A stretch of DNA of 64,000 nucleotides from Harriotta raleighana (Eukaryota): NCBI GenBank assembly GCA_050575255.1, contig JBNZDD010013730.1, positions 5,234,345 to 5,298,344 of the forward strand, given 5' to 3'. The notes beneath the pieces are model-generated. The model did not search any database and had not been told where the DNA came from. It saw nothing but the letters and a program-made list of their open reading frames with translations. The first letter of the stretch is position 1. Each line of letters starts with the position of its first letter. The position numbers were made by a program, and so were the translations under genes. Shown in pieces: positions 1 through 12,150 of the stretch.

Positions 1-2548
1 TATTGAGATTTATTATGATCACATCTTATAAATATATATATATAAATAATGCAATTGTACTTTATTTGGAACACAGTGAAGCATTTTTGTAAAAAGATCC
101 ACCTCCTTCCAGGCTAGCTGCATACCCTAATTAGAAAACAATTCCTTAAACAATATACAGTAGTTACCCCCATCCCACTCAGATGTAATATAACTGGAAA
201 AAACACCACCAGAGAAAAGCCCAAATTGTCTTGATCTTTTAAAAGTGCCACTGGTGGAATGTGTTCATGCAGAGGACACTGTGTTTTATTTTCAGATGGC
301 TCGAAAAATAATCTGCAGAATCCAAGATAAAACTGCAAATGTCCTGGAGGCAAGATACCTTCCCCCTGGCAGCCAATTCATTTTAATCAGAATATGATCC
401 ACTTTCATGGTTGCTTAGAAATCCTGTCTGGTGAAAACTATTGACATTTCTTTCTCTGGAAAGCGCGATGTCCTTGCCATTCTTGCCTGCAATACAAGGA
501 TGGGAACCTAAAGGTGTCACTCTGTCTATACAGATAGAACTATCACATTCTCTGCAATAAACATACTTTTTATGTCGCAAAATAGACCTTAACATATTCT
601 CTCCTTTCTGTGCTTTTCACAGCCCATTGGTTTCTTTTTTTCAACTCATTTTCTTTGTTTTTTTCTGTTTATTCTGTAATTTATTCCTACTACTTTATGA
701 CTTAATATGCCTTTCGTAAAGCACACCAAGAAATGGATCATTTAATTGAAGGCCAATCCATCTATCAATCAATCCATCCATCAGTAAGACAAGATGTTTT
801 GACTTTCATTATGGTAATTATCTCTTGCTGACTTCTGAGCAGCAACCAACCACCCACACACTAGTGCTTAATTACTTCTGACTGGAGCTTTTGCAATGAA
901 ATGTTGCTTCTTTTTATACAATGGGTAGCATTGAAATTATCTCATTAAGGTTACATTTCTGAATATTAAAACTTGGAACCAGTATGAGCTTTGCACAAAC
1001 CATATCATATGGGTCACTGGGGCTATATCATATGGGTCAATGCAAACTTGTTCATATAAGAAACATTCTTTAAACTCAAAAACTATTAAACCGTATTTAA
1101 TGAAAAAAGGGCCCATGAATAAAAAAATATTTTGGGGGAAGTGTTTTGTAAAATCATTGTTTGGTTTGTTCATTCATTGTTCAAACATTTTTCATGATTG
1201 AAATATTATTGATTTATTTGTTCTGCATTTATAAATATTGCAAAGATTTCAACAAATAAATACTTTGATAATAATTTCCATAATACGTTTTTTGCAATTG
1301 GTATGAGATAATAACAACTTGTATTATTTAGCAGCCTGTCACATGGGTAGTTAAGTAGATATGAAGAAAATTGCATGAAATTCAAATGAAACTCTTTAAA
1401 AAAATTAATTTGCACTTGTGGTGAAATATTATATATTTTTTACAATAATGCTAATTTGTAAGACCCTGTTATTATAATTATGAAACAACAATATTTTTTG
1501 ATAAATCTGTCAGCATCACTGAAAGTATAAATAACAAAACAATATTGGACAGACAAATTGTACATTTGATTCCGAGACTCCACAGAAAAAGGCTAGGTCT
1601 ACACTCTGGAGCTTCAAAACAATATGCCTTTTTTCTGTCAGTGATTTCAGGCTCCAACATCTTTGTCTTTCAGACCATTTGTCAACCAACAGCCGACACT
1701 GACTGATACACTAGCATTTCTATTGTCTGAGTGCGAGAGTTTCATTATTTAGTCACAAACACAGACTCATGAGTTTCGTACAAACAATTCCACATTATAG
1801 AATGGGGCCCATATTTGATAATCCTCTGTCATAAATAATTTTGTCCAGAATTGCATAGAGAAACAAAACTGCATTTTAATAAGCCTGAACGCCATATTTT
1901 TCTAACGGGGGAAAAAAAGCATAAATGTTTTCATATATTGATGTCTTCCTCCATAGGAACATCATCACACGCAGTTGTTTGTTACAATACTCCTCAGAGT
2001 TGATTAAAAGTGAGAAATGATAACACACTCAATTTCTATGCTGTCTCAAGTCGCTCAGGGCAAACAGAAATGTGAACGGTGATTGACAGGCACAAGACTA
2101 GAGAAACAATCCTTGTCTGGATGAAGGAAAGCAGTACACTTGGATTGCTGGAGTCTTCCAGTCCGTGCCAAACAAAATGGGGCAAGCAATTTTAAAAAAA
2201 AATCATCGGGGAATAAATACGCCTTTAGCGATGAAATCTCTCAATCCCGAACGGTTGGATTTCATCATCTGTCAGGAAATCGCAGATTCAAAAATTCAGT
2301 TTGTAGGTAAGAGAAATTGTTCCAGCAAAATACCTCGTCGCCTTTCTGATACTCAGTACTCAGCCACTTGGTGATGCTGTTGTAGTTAAAAAAAAAGTAT
2401 CCACAAGATGGTCTGATTGGGGCTTCAGGTACATGTACAAAATGGTTCATCTTCGATTTCCACACAGCAAGTTAGTTACTCCTTTTTACACTCAGCCTGG
2501 CTGTGAGACAGGCTGAACAGAGGGATTGTTTCCATGAGGCACTGGCAG

Positions 2549-2830
2549 CAACAACAACAACAACAATGAAATTACATTGGTAGAACATCTTTCATGTCGG
2601 GAAGACGTCCCAACAGTTAGAGGGTCACAACCCGTGCATGAGAATGGGGTGATAGTGGGGGTTTCAGGTTGGGATGAGGGAGGAAAAAGAAGTGGGGGAG
2701 GGGCACGTCTAAATACACGGTTGAAGGGAGGGTCTTGAATCTGGCCATGAAGGAGGAAAGGGAGGGAGCAAGGCAAAGGGATTGTTGGATGGAGCTCTAA
2801 AGAGTGAGGGAGGAGAGGGCTGAAAGCCCT
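2549..2830 (-). mobile_element. L2-clade LINE 3' fragment with (TTG)n tail
   Basis: caacaacaacaacaatgaaattacatt...tttcatgtcgggaagacgtccc is the reverse complement of the L2 tail seen at 42700-42759, followed by purine-rich reverse 3' UTR/ORF2 end (ORF 2492..2872 has ARAFS...LELHP). Confidence 0.75.
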
Positions 2831-3184
2831 TGCAAATAACAAATGTAACCAAAAAGGGTTGCAGGTAACCAAGTTAGTGAATCATAAGGTTAATCATCCT
2901 TGAGCCACTGGAAAATCAAATGGTGAAAAGAGTTTGTGGGAGGATGGACATCGATTGGAGGAAAACTGTGAAAGGCTTGATTATTGCCTAGGAAGATGTG
3001 ATAGAAAAATGCTAACTAAAAGGCCAGCACCATAATTGTTTACTGAGCTTCTGCTCTTAGCACTGTAACTTCTTTAACGATTAACTTGTAACCAGCGAGC
3101 CCAACCACTCCCTGTGCTTTCTTATGATAATAATCCTTGGTTTATCCATCCAATTGCGCACACCAGTGTCCCACAAGCAGTCAT

Positions 3185-3535
3185 CATAGTAATCCTTGCA
3201 TTTAGGATTTTCACTTCTAGACATCTCAAAGTGCTTCACAGAATGTACTGCGAAGTGAATTGACTATATTTGTGGGCGAAACTCAGCAGCCAATAGGGCA
3301 CAGCAGTGTCCCACAAAATCATGGATTGAAAATGACCAATGTTTTTTTTTTGAGGGATTATTATCAGGTGACCTGACTATTCAGTGCCTTGGGACCTCCT
3401 CCCGATGTGAAAGGTGTTCTATAAATGTAATTTTGTTGTTTGTTGTTGTGTGGAATAAAGAAACTTACCTAAGGTTTCACCCTGCCAGGAATGGAACCCA
3501 GGTCTCTCACTTGCAGGGCAAGTGCTCCAACCAGG
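3185..3535 (-). mobile_element. tRNA-derived SINE (family of 55331-55649), interrupted by a short L2 tail at ~3380-3448
   Basis: Reverse strand reads ggttggagcacttgccctgcaagtgagagacctgggttccattcctggcagggtgaaaccttaggtaagtttc (head), then body and tail motif (aatccttgcattt on +). Confidence 0.75.
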
Positions 3536-3570
3536 ACTTCATAAATCCCGTTCTTCCGCAGGTTCACAAG

Positions 3571-3977
3571 TCTTTTCCCATTAGAGCAGAGCAGGTTATG
3601 CAGGGACCTGATAGAGGTCTTCAAGATCATGAAAGGTTTCGACAGGCTAGATAGGGAAAAGCTGTTTCCGCTGGTAGGTGTGTCTGTGACCTTAGGTCAC
3701 AGTCTTAAGATATCTACCAAAAGAAGCAGAGGAGAGGTTAGAAGAAATTTTTTTACTCAGCGAGTTGTTCGAATTTGGAATGATCTGCCTGAAAGGGTAG
3801 TGAGGTCCGATTCGATAGCAGCTTTTAAGAGAGAACTGGATAGGTATCTGGGGAAGACAGGCTTGCAGAGAAAGCTGGTGATTGGGGTTAATAAAAGTGA
3901 CATTGCTCTGTCAGAGAGTCAGCACAGACTCGATGGGTCGAATGGCCTCCTTCTATGCCGGAACATTCTATGATTCT
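3571..3977 (+). mobile_element. CR1-clade LINE 3' end (ORF2 C-terminus plus 3' UTR), 5'-truncated
   Basis: Translates as DLIEVFKIMKGFDRLDREKLFPL...GHSLKI...RRNFFTQRVVRIWNDLPERVV...FKRELDRYL, the CR1 ORF2 C-terminus; 3' UTR gatgggtcgaatggcctccttct and attctatgattct terminal repeat. Confidence 0.95.
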
Positions 3978-4254
3978 TTGATTAAGTCCACACGTTCTTC
4001 AGTATGAATTGCACGACTAGGCTATAATTATAAATGGGAGAATTTACTCCTTTTTTTTATCAACTGCAGTATTTCTTTGTATTAACTTTGTATACAGTAC
4101 TTGTTGAATAGCATATTTCCATATGTAGTTTTGTGGATCTGTGGTGTCTGCTGTGCATAATAGTAATAGAATAATAGTTATAATAGAATAGAAATAGAAA
4201 CAAAAAGCACATCACTCTCAGCAAGATTTTCCAGTTTAACTACAGGTGGAACAT

Positions 4255-4645
4255 TTTTCCTCTGCACTTAGTGCCAGCATCAATCATTCCCGGGTCCCTA
4301 GGTTAGATGCAGTTCAGAGCTCCCTTTAGACTGCCCCAACATTGAGCTTTAACCTGAAATTCAGATCATCTCACAAGAGTACTGACTGATATTTCAGCAT
4401 GACAATTTGTGTTATTCACATATGCTATCTTTACAGCCTTTCTCAGTAAGACTGCCAAATTAGGGCCAATTAATGCCCAAGTAAGTTTATGATGTAGACT
4501 TGCGTCCATTGGGAATTAGGCTGAGAATCAGACTCTGCCAAAGTTAATTTCACATAGGACCATTCATCAGAAAACACACATTCATCTCATCAATCTAGGA
4601 TGGATTTGAACTCAGATTTCAGAGGTGAAAGGACAGTGCTTTGAA
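4255..4645 (-). mobile_element. LF-SINE-like ancient tRNA-derived SINE
   Basis: Reverse strand has collinear blocks cctttcacctct...gagttcaaatcca, cctatgtgaaat, ttcccaatggac, ggcattaattggc, ttggcagtcttactgagaaaggc, tggggcagt, matching my recollection of the LF-SINE consensus. Confidence 0.65.
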
Positions 4646-7600
4646 AAGATGAATTGAAATACACCATAATTTACTGATTGCTTGCACAAACTCAGGCAAT
4701 CTGACATAAATACTGACAGTTGTGGAAATTCTGCACCACAATTCAAGAGAATGCCTGCAGTGCAAAGGACTAACATTAGCCAAATAACGTCTTGTCAAAA
4801 TTATTTTTGTAAAAATTCTCAACTTTTTTTAGTTTCAGCATCTTCCTTTGTTTCATGAAAGGAAAAAAAAAATACTTTGCCAACGCCGTGGCCTCAGGGA
4901 ACACGCAAATGGTAAAAATGAATCATTTCCTAAAGTGTTTTTACTTCCTAACAGAAAAGGTTATTTCAGCACAAGGTTAAATCAGAAGCAACGCATAACC
5001 TTGAGAACTCTCTGATTCGAGCTGCTGCTGGTCTGTCACACACTGTTCTCTGACAACAGTCAAAGAGGCACTAAGTCATTAATAGAGAAAAAAAAACAGG
5101 TGGGAAAAAATAGCGCAACTGAAAGAAATCATGAAAACAGCTTGCTGGAATAAAAACACACATGAACTACAGCAAAAACAATGCCTGATGAAGGGTTTTG
5201 AATTTGACTGCAATTACAGAGTATGATAAATACCACAGCAGGTGGAGGGTGACTGCCTTGAAAGCTTACACAGCACTTTAGAAATAGAAGGAATATTGAA
5301 AGAAAAATGTTCTCCCCTCTGTCTACCCTCTTTTGCTGAAGGTGGTGACTCATGCTGAACATGATTCACTGCAGGCAGCAGGTCTCTGGACTCTCACTCA
5401 TATGGTTATTCTTCACATTTGAGCTGGTTTTAGTGGCTGTTTAGCTCTGCTGCTGTCATAGCCTGACCTTGTTCCTCTTCATCTCAGTGTCCACACATGC
5501 ACACTACCAGTTAAGGGCAGGTCTAATACACATTGTTTGAAAACTGAATTCCATCTGCTAATATTTGCCAATATCAAAAGGCTTGAATTTCTCGAATCTG
5601 TTCAACATATCAAATCCTGAAAAGCTACCCCACAAAAAGTGCATGAAATGGCCGTCAGTCTGCTCACTGGCCTCTTTTTCACACTTTGGAATTACGCTTG
5701 GACGTCCTTACCTGAATGTATCTGTACTTTACCCCCACCCCCCCACCTTCCCTGGGACTTTATATGCACAAAACCCTAAGGTGAGAGTGAAACAATACAA
5801 TTTGTTGAATAAAACATAAACTGTACAGTGTTATGTTACAGGTGAAACCACAGAAAGAGTCACACAAACTATGGAAAGTACAAACAGAATCTTAACACAA
5901 ACGTACAAAAGGGAAGCTGGTGAAATGGATTTAGGTAAGGCTTACAGTATGTGGGCTGTTGAAACATCTGTGGTGGACTGGGCTTGATGGGCTGAATGGC
6001 TTCTACTAACTTCTTATGGAAGTTAAAAAGCCCTATCCCCAGGATCCGCATATGATGGAGCTGCATGGTTAGAAGATTTGAGATAGTGAGGGAAAGACAA
6101 TGTTAAAGCAGACAATAAAAAAGGCATCAGAAATAAATCAAAAACGATGTGGAATTTTTACAAGGTGTCATACAAGTATATTTTAATAAGATCAGATGAG
6201 TACATTCCATGTTGATAACAAAACGTAACCAGTTTTCTTTTGGTTGAAGAATGTTGGTCAAAGTTTGAAACAGCAGAATCTGCATTTCAAACTACTGCCA
6301 GGCATGTGCAGAAAATGAATTACCCACACCTGCTCAAATTCAAGGGAACAAAATAGTGAAGTAAAAAAGCCTGGAATTAATCTGGAGAGGGAACACAAAT
6401 GACTACAGATGACATTACTGATAATGGAAATACCATTTAAAAAGAATCACATTAATTTCGCTCCATTTACTACAATGAAGTAGCAGCCTTGGCAAGAGGG
6501 GAACAGTATGCAATAAAAACGTAGGGAGTTGTAAAATCGAATGAGGGCATACAAGTGTGAGGTAGCATAAGTCAAACACAAGAGAAAGCATAGCTTCAAA
6601 ACATAAAGATAAGATCTTCAAGTAGCAAATATCTTAAGAAAATTCCTTAAAAGCAGCTGTAACTGGTTTTAGAATTACAAGTAATCCTTTTCACTTGTGG
6701 TTAAATACGTACTGTATTTAAGGATAACTGTAATTCTCTATTCTCTAAAAACAGGCATTAGGAACATTCAGTATTTCAGGTCCAATCTTTCTCACTTATC
6801 TTTGATCTGCCTGGATTATGTTATGTATAGCTTCCATTGCCTGAATTTAATGTGTCCATATTGACTTCTGCAGAAAAATTCCTATTTCATAAAATTTGAA
6901 AAACAAGCTCCATTCATGAATGGATCTAAATGATGAAAACCAATGAAAGCCAATGGCTAGATTTGGATAGTGTAGAACATAGCCAGGCAAGAAGGTAGAA
7001 TGCAGCAAACAGGCTTTGTGCCCTTCGTGAAACATTTTCAATGTTCTGCCAACAATTGCATAAAAGACTGATTCCAGGAAACTCATGACATCTAGAAAAG
7101 ACGAACATTTGTAAAGGTGCATTTTCCTCCTTGGGTGACTAGTTTCCCTATTGTGTTGAGCCTGTCAGGTACAATCTAGAAACAGATGGAGGATGTAACA
7201 TTGGAATATGAATTTTTGATGTCACTAGAAGCAAATTCAATGCTTGTGAACCGGTATTAACATTGCATCAAGTAAAAGAATAGCCAAGTCAACCCTTTCT
7301 TCCATTGTTGCCTATGCTTACTTCAGGGACACATTCCAGCCACATGAAGTTGCTTGTGTGGACTGTCAATACAGCAAAGCGAATCAGACAAAATAGAAGG
7401 TATAGTTTGGGATGAATGCTTTATTTCAAACTGCAATCCACCAAGACTGAAGAAAAGTGTTACAGCTTCAAACCCTCCAAGGAGATTGTCAGACTCTGCT
7501 TGTCGTGTGACAAGTGTTAGAAGTCTATCAGTCTGTGTGAACCTAAACCAACTTCTATAGCTTTAGGCTTTGCTCAATAAAATTGCTGTGAAAAACTTGC

Positions 7601-7851
7601 ACTGCTCCTCCTTTCATGTCATAAAATGAACAGTGTTTATTCTTTGTAATTTATTTTGTTGGGCACAAAGCAGTTGGAGTTACAGCCGAAAACTGACAAT
7701 AAATCTTCCGCGCATTATTACATTTCATTGAATTTATTATAAATTTGTATGCAGTATCTCTATTCCAAAATGTTTGATTTTTGTGTGCTATATAGTAGTT
7801 ATATTTCATCTTCAAGGTATATGGGCGCTTTACAATATATATTTTTGTTTA

Positions 7852-7903
7852 CAGCGCTTTGGGACGTGAAAGGCGCTATACAAGTGTAATTTTGTTGTTG
7901 TTG
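7852..7903 (+). mobile_element. Very short L2 3' tail
   Basis: agcgctttgggacgtgaaaggcgctatacaagtgtaattttgttgttgttg. Confidence 0.75.
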
Positions 7904-8999
7904 CTCCCAACATAAAAGGCCTGTATCAAATGTAAGGATTATTATTATGATTTGGAAAACACAGTGGAAAAACAAAGAGTTTACTGGAAAAAATATTAAT
8001 ATGTTGATCAAAAGACAACAATTTAAGAGGTTATAGAATTGATAGGAGTATGTAATAGATTTCAATTGACTCAAAAAAATTAACAACATTAATACAGTAT
8101 GTGGAGGTAAGATAAGAGAACTAAGAGATGGAAGTGATAAATCAATCTATCCTTTGCATCTCTACATAGTTAATAAAACCAAAATGCCAACTATTTTTAT
8201 GTTCATTACACAGACACATGATGACTTGCATAACTCACAGACACAGCACAATTCCAGGAGATGCCTTCAGTATTTGGGGTACAAAGTGACTCAAAAACTA
8301 ATACTAATACCCAATAAAAACTAATACTGGTGCCCAATTAAAAAATACTTTCCAAAAACATACTTTTTTTTACAAAATAACCTGCAGTATATTCATTCCT
8401 AGCTTTCTAATTGTCAGTTTTAAAAAAAAAGAGTAGATCTATTTGCATTCTTTCCTATATTCGACCCTTTAAAACATGGATAATTAGACCTCACTAAGTC
8501 TTTTTGCTTGTGGATTGTTTGAAGAATGTTATTATTGTGAAAATATTTCCACATTTGAGAGGAATGGTTAAACACTAACGACAACTTGTTTTGTGCTTGA
8601 CTGAAGGAAAATCGTTTCCCTATCTTTTGCTCTACGACTGAGATCAAAACAAGCCTCACAGCAAGGGGGGAATAAAACTGAAAACAAAGCTACCTGACGC
8701 TGCCATTCAACATTATGTAAAGAGATGTTCACTCCATGAACGACAGAGCCACAGTGAACAAGGCATCTTGTTCCAGCATGAAGCTGGATACTGTATCTCT
8801 GTACAGTTTCACAGCCACTGAATAAGTATTTCATTTAAATGCCCTATTTTACATGTTAAAATATCTCCCCCCAACCCCACTCCCACCAAAAGAAACACCC
8901 TCCAAAAACTGCCAAAGACATATTGCAGAACCACTAGAAAGACAATTCAATCATGTTTAATCATTAATTTAAATAATGATTAATTTAAATAATAAAAAC

Positions 9000-9192
9000 T
9001 GGTCGCTCAAACGATTTTTGGGACACTGCTGTGTGCAATTATCTGTCGCATTTTGCCCACAAACTATACAGCCAATTCACTTTACAGTATATTCTATACA
9101 AATGTAATTTTGTTGTTGTTGTTCTGTCAAGCGCTTTGAGACATCCCGAAGACATGATAAAGCCGTATATCAAATGCAAGGATTATTATTAT
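9000..9192 (+). mobile_element. tRNA-SINE 3' half (no head)
   Basis: gggacactgctgtgtgcaatt...caattcactttacagtatattct...gcgctttgagacatc...tcaaatgcaaggattattatt; a short L2-tail piece is embedded at ~9095-9123. Confidence 0.8.
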
Positions 9193-10071
9193 GTTTCTGA
9201 CCTGGTTACAACAATCTTTCATTTAATAACAATAATCCTTTAATTTTGATTATAACACGTATCAATTGAAAGGATGTGGGACTGTGTATTTTATGGACAA
9301 AATGTACATTTAACCAGTATTATATGATGTAGTGAAGCCTGACTGACTAAGGTAACATTATAATGATTTTATATTTAATGAACTATTTGCTCTGATTATG
9401 AGAGGAAAGTGGCTTTATTATCCAGGTATGTCATTAGCCACAGTACAATATTGCATCAATAAAAATACAAATAATTTTTGTCCCCAAGAGATAAACTTTG
9501 TTCAATGGAGTTTTCAGACTAGTGAAGGACAGTAAACTGGAGTGTGGATAAAATAGTCACTTGACAATCAAGGTTTCATCTTAAATAATCTAATTTGCTT
9601 CTGCAATTTTTATATCAGAACTAGTTTGAATGAATCAGTAGCTTTGGTTCAAAGCAAATTATCCTTAATCGTCCACCGTGGATGATATCTGCCCAGCAGA
9701 TGTGTACAAACTCTACTATTGTCACCATGATAACTTTAGCCAAGGAGATAGCCTGAGGTTGAGAAATGTGTTACCAGTTCTCCTTAATCCACAAAACAGT
9801 TGGGACAGGCTTTAGCTAATCTTGTCATAATTTCCTCTCTCCACTCCGTGGTGGAGCAATTGGATATTGTGCTGTTTGGCTATTCCAGCTTGGAATGGAG
9901 TTGGCCATTGCTGAAACTCATCACCCCGTGAGTTAAAGGTCCCTGCTCTCTACCCCCATAACTATCAGGCCATTAGCATCTTCTGACTCTGTATTTCGAA
10001 TATACAGACCACAGAATAACATTGGAATGTGATATAATTGCTATTTGAATCAACCTTTCTGGAAACCAGAG

Positions 10072-10140
10072 AACAACAACAACAACAACTTTGATTTACA
10101 TAGCGCCCTCCACGCCGGACGGCGTCTCAAAGTGCTTAAA
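10072..10140 (-). mobile_element. Short L2 3' tail
   Basis: (AAC)n followed by tttgatttacatagcgccctccacgccggacggcgtctcaaagtgct. Confidence 0.7.
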
Positions 10141-10640
10141 GGACTGCTAATGTTATTTTATATATCAAGTCCTCTGTTTGCCCCACTTTCCGAGGAAGAT
10201 AAACTATTGAAAACGACTGCTATGTGATAGGCTCAAAGAATGTTTGAATCATTTGAGGTGTTTAAGAAGCGGGTAGGTTAGTGCTTAACAATAATCCTTC
10301 CACTTGATACAGCTGTTAAATTGTTGAAAGATCTCAGTATACTTCACAGATAATTGCTGTAAAGGATAATGACTGTATTTATAGATGAATAGTGTAGCCA
10401 ATTTTTGCACAACACTGTCCCCCAACTAACCATTAAGTAAACGACCAATTTATCCTGGTGATTAGGAAGTAAGGATATTAATGAGTAAGGAGAAAAGATG
10501 GGGAAATAGAATTAGAAAAACAAAGAGTAGTCATGAACTGATAAAATAGATGTGGTAGCTTGATGGGCTAAATTGTATGCTTCTGAGGCCCCGAACTGTC
10601 ATGTTTTGGGGAAGTTGAAGTGATGTGATATTGCTCTTAC

Positions 10641-10966
10641 GGGTCTGGCTCAGTTGGGAGCACTCTCGCTTATGAGTCAGAAGATTGTGTGTTCGAGCCC
10701 CACATGTGCAGGCTGCAGATGAGACCTGAAACCAATGTCCTGATTGTCTGTTCAGGTAGACGTTAAAAATCCCATGAGCACAACTCGAACAGAGAGGAGA
10801 GTTTCGTCAGGTGTCCTAGCCAGCAATCCCCAAATAAAATGTTGGTCATTCATTCTACGAATGTTTATGAAACATTGCAATGGGATACCATGTTCTTCCC
10901 TTCAAAACTCTTGTGAAGGTTTTTGGTACATACTTCTGTTCAGATTTTAATTATTATTATTATTAT
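10641..10966 (+). mobile_element. Deu-domain SINE (SacSINE1-like), internally deleted
   Basis: A box tggctcagttgg, B box gttcgagccc, then Deu-core-like caggtagacgttaaaaatcccatg...ggtgtcctagcca...ggtcatt; decayed tail then (TTA)n. Confidence 0.7.
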
Positions 10967-11361
10967 TGCAGAGCTCTATTCAAAATGTGTCACATTTTAG
11001 CATCTTATTCCTCCCTCCCACCCCATTTTCTCTAACCTCGGTGGGACAATTTTCCAAATGCATTTCTTGGAACAATCTTTTCTTTTCTGTGATAATCAAA
11101 GCAGTTCCATAGAAAAAATAATTAATTAGAAAGGTATTTACTGCAATTTGTGTTCTAATCCCTTCTAATTCTCTGAGTGACACATTTTGTAATGACTTTC
11201 ACAAGCAATGATAACATTTCTGTTTGGCTTAAACATGTTTAGAAATTCATTTGAAGCTGCCCTGCTCATTGTCCCATAACTGTGTTGCTTAGAATTTCAA
11301 AGGACTGATTTTAAATGAGTGAGTTTGAATAGATGTGTCTGAGTAAGCAGTGCGAACATTT

Positions 11362-11428
11362 CAACAACAGCAACATCAACAAAAAAATATATATTTGTAT
11401 AGCGCTTTTCACGTCAGGAGAACATCCC
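11362..11428 (-). mobile_element. Short L2 3' tail
   Basis: caacaacagcaac...tttgtatagcgcttttcacgtcaggagaacatccc. Confidence 0.65.
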
Positions 11429-11784
11429 CTGGTGTATGTTTTTAACAGGGTGATTCACATTCACTATTAACATAATTAAAAGAAAATCAACAATTCATAC
11501 TACATAGATACTAAAATCCTATGTCTTCTTGTGCATGTGCAAAAGAGCCTTTACTCACTTGACATCTACTTAGATGACTATTGCAGAGGCCAGCAGATCT
11601 GAAAAGGAACAGACATGCAGGAAAGCCTGGGAGGGAAAATCCAGATTAAAACAATTCTAATCAACAAAATATATGTATTGTTGCATTGTAAAACAATCAT
11701 CAAATATATTTGTAATGTTTGGGGAAATATTTAATCATAAGAGATTTGCCTTTGATATTCATACTTTAATTACTAGCACAATTC

Positions 11785-12150
11785 AATTCAGTGATTGGCA
11801 ACGGAGTGAATTAGCAGAATGTTCTTTCAGCACTGAGATCTGAGTTAAATCCAGTCCAGACTGATAGATAAAGACCTCGCTTGTCGGCTGTAGGAATTTT
11901 GCACGGTTTCTGCATCCAATGCTCAGTAGGCCTGGAAAGCAAATACATTCTCAAATGTTTCACTAATTGTCCAATTCGCTCAAAGAGGCCACAAGGGGTC
12001 AGAGAGATCAAAAAAGGCACACGAGTACAATCGGGATATTCAGGGACGTTGTAAGAGGACATTCAGGAGCTGCCACTGGGTGCTTATAATGGGACTGTGT
12101 CCCTAATTTGTGCAGAGCAGAGCACACTCCCTCCCCAAAATGGAGCTTGT
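11785..12150 (+). mobile_element. Degenerate LF-SINE-like element
   Basis: cagtgattggcaacgg...ctttcagcactgagatctgagttaaatccagtccagactgat resembles the head of the 4255-4645 element; cactaattg and gaggcca blocks downstream. Confidence 0.45.

Noticed and set aside
5738-5776. Perfect V(D)J RSS nonamer ACAAAAACC at 5768-5776
   Set aside because: No CACAGTG-like heptamer at 12 or 22/23 bp spacing, and no V/D/J-like coding segment nearby
7194-7632. Possible solo LTR (TGTAACA start, AATAAA, ACA end)
   Set aside because: No TSD, no second copy, boundaries arbitrary
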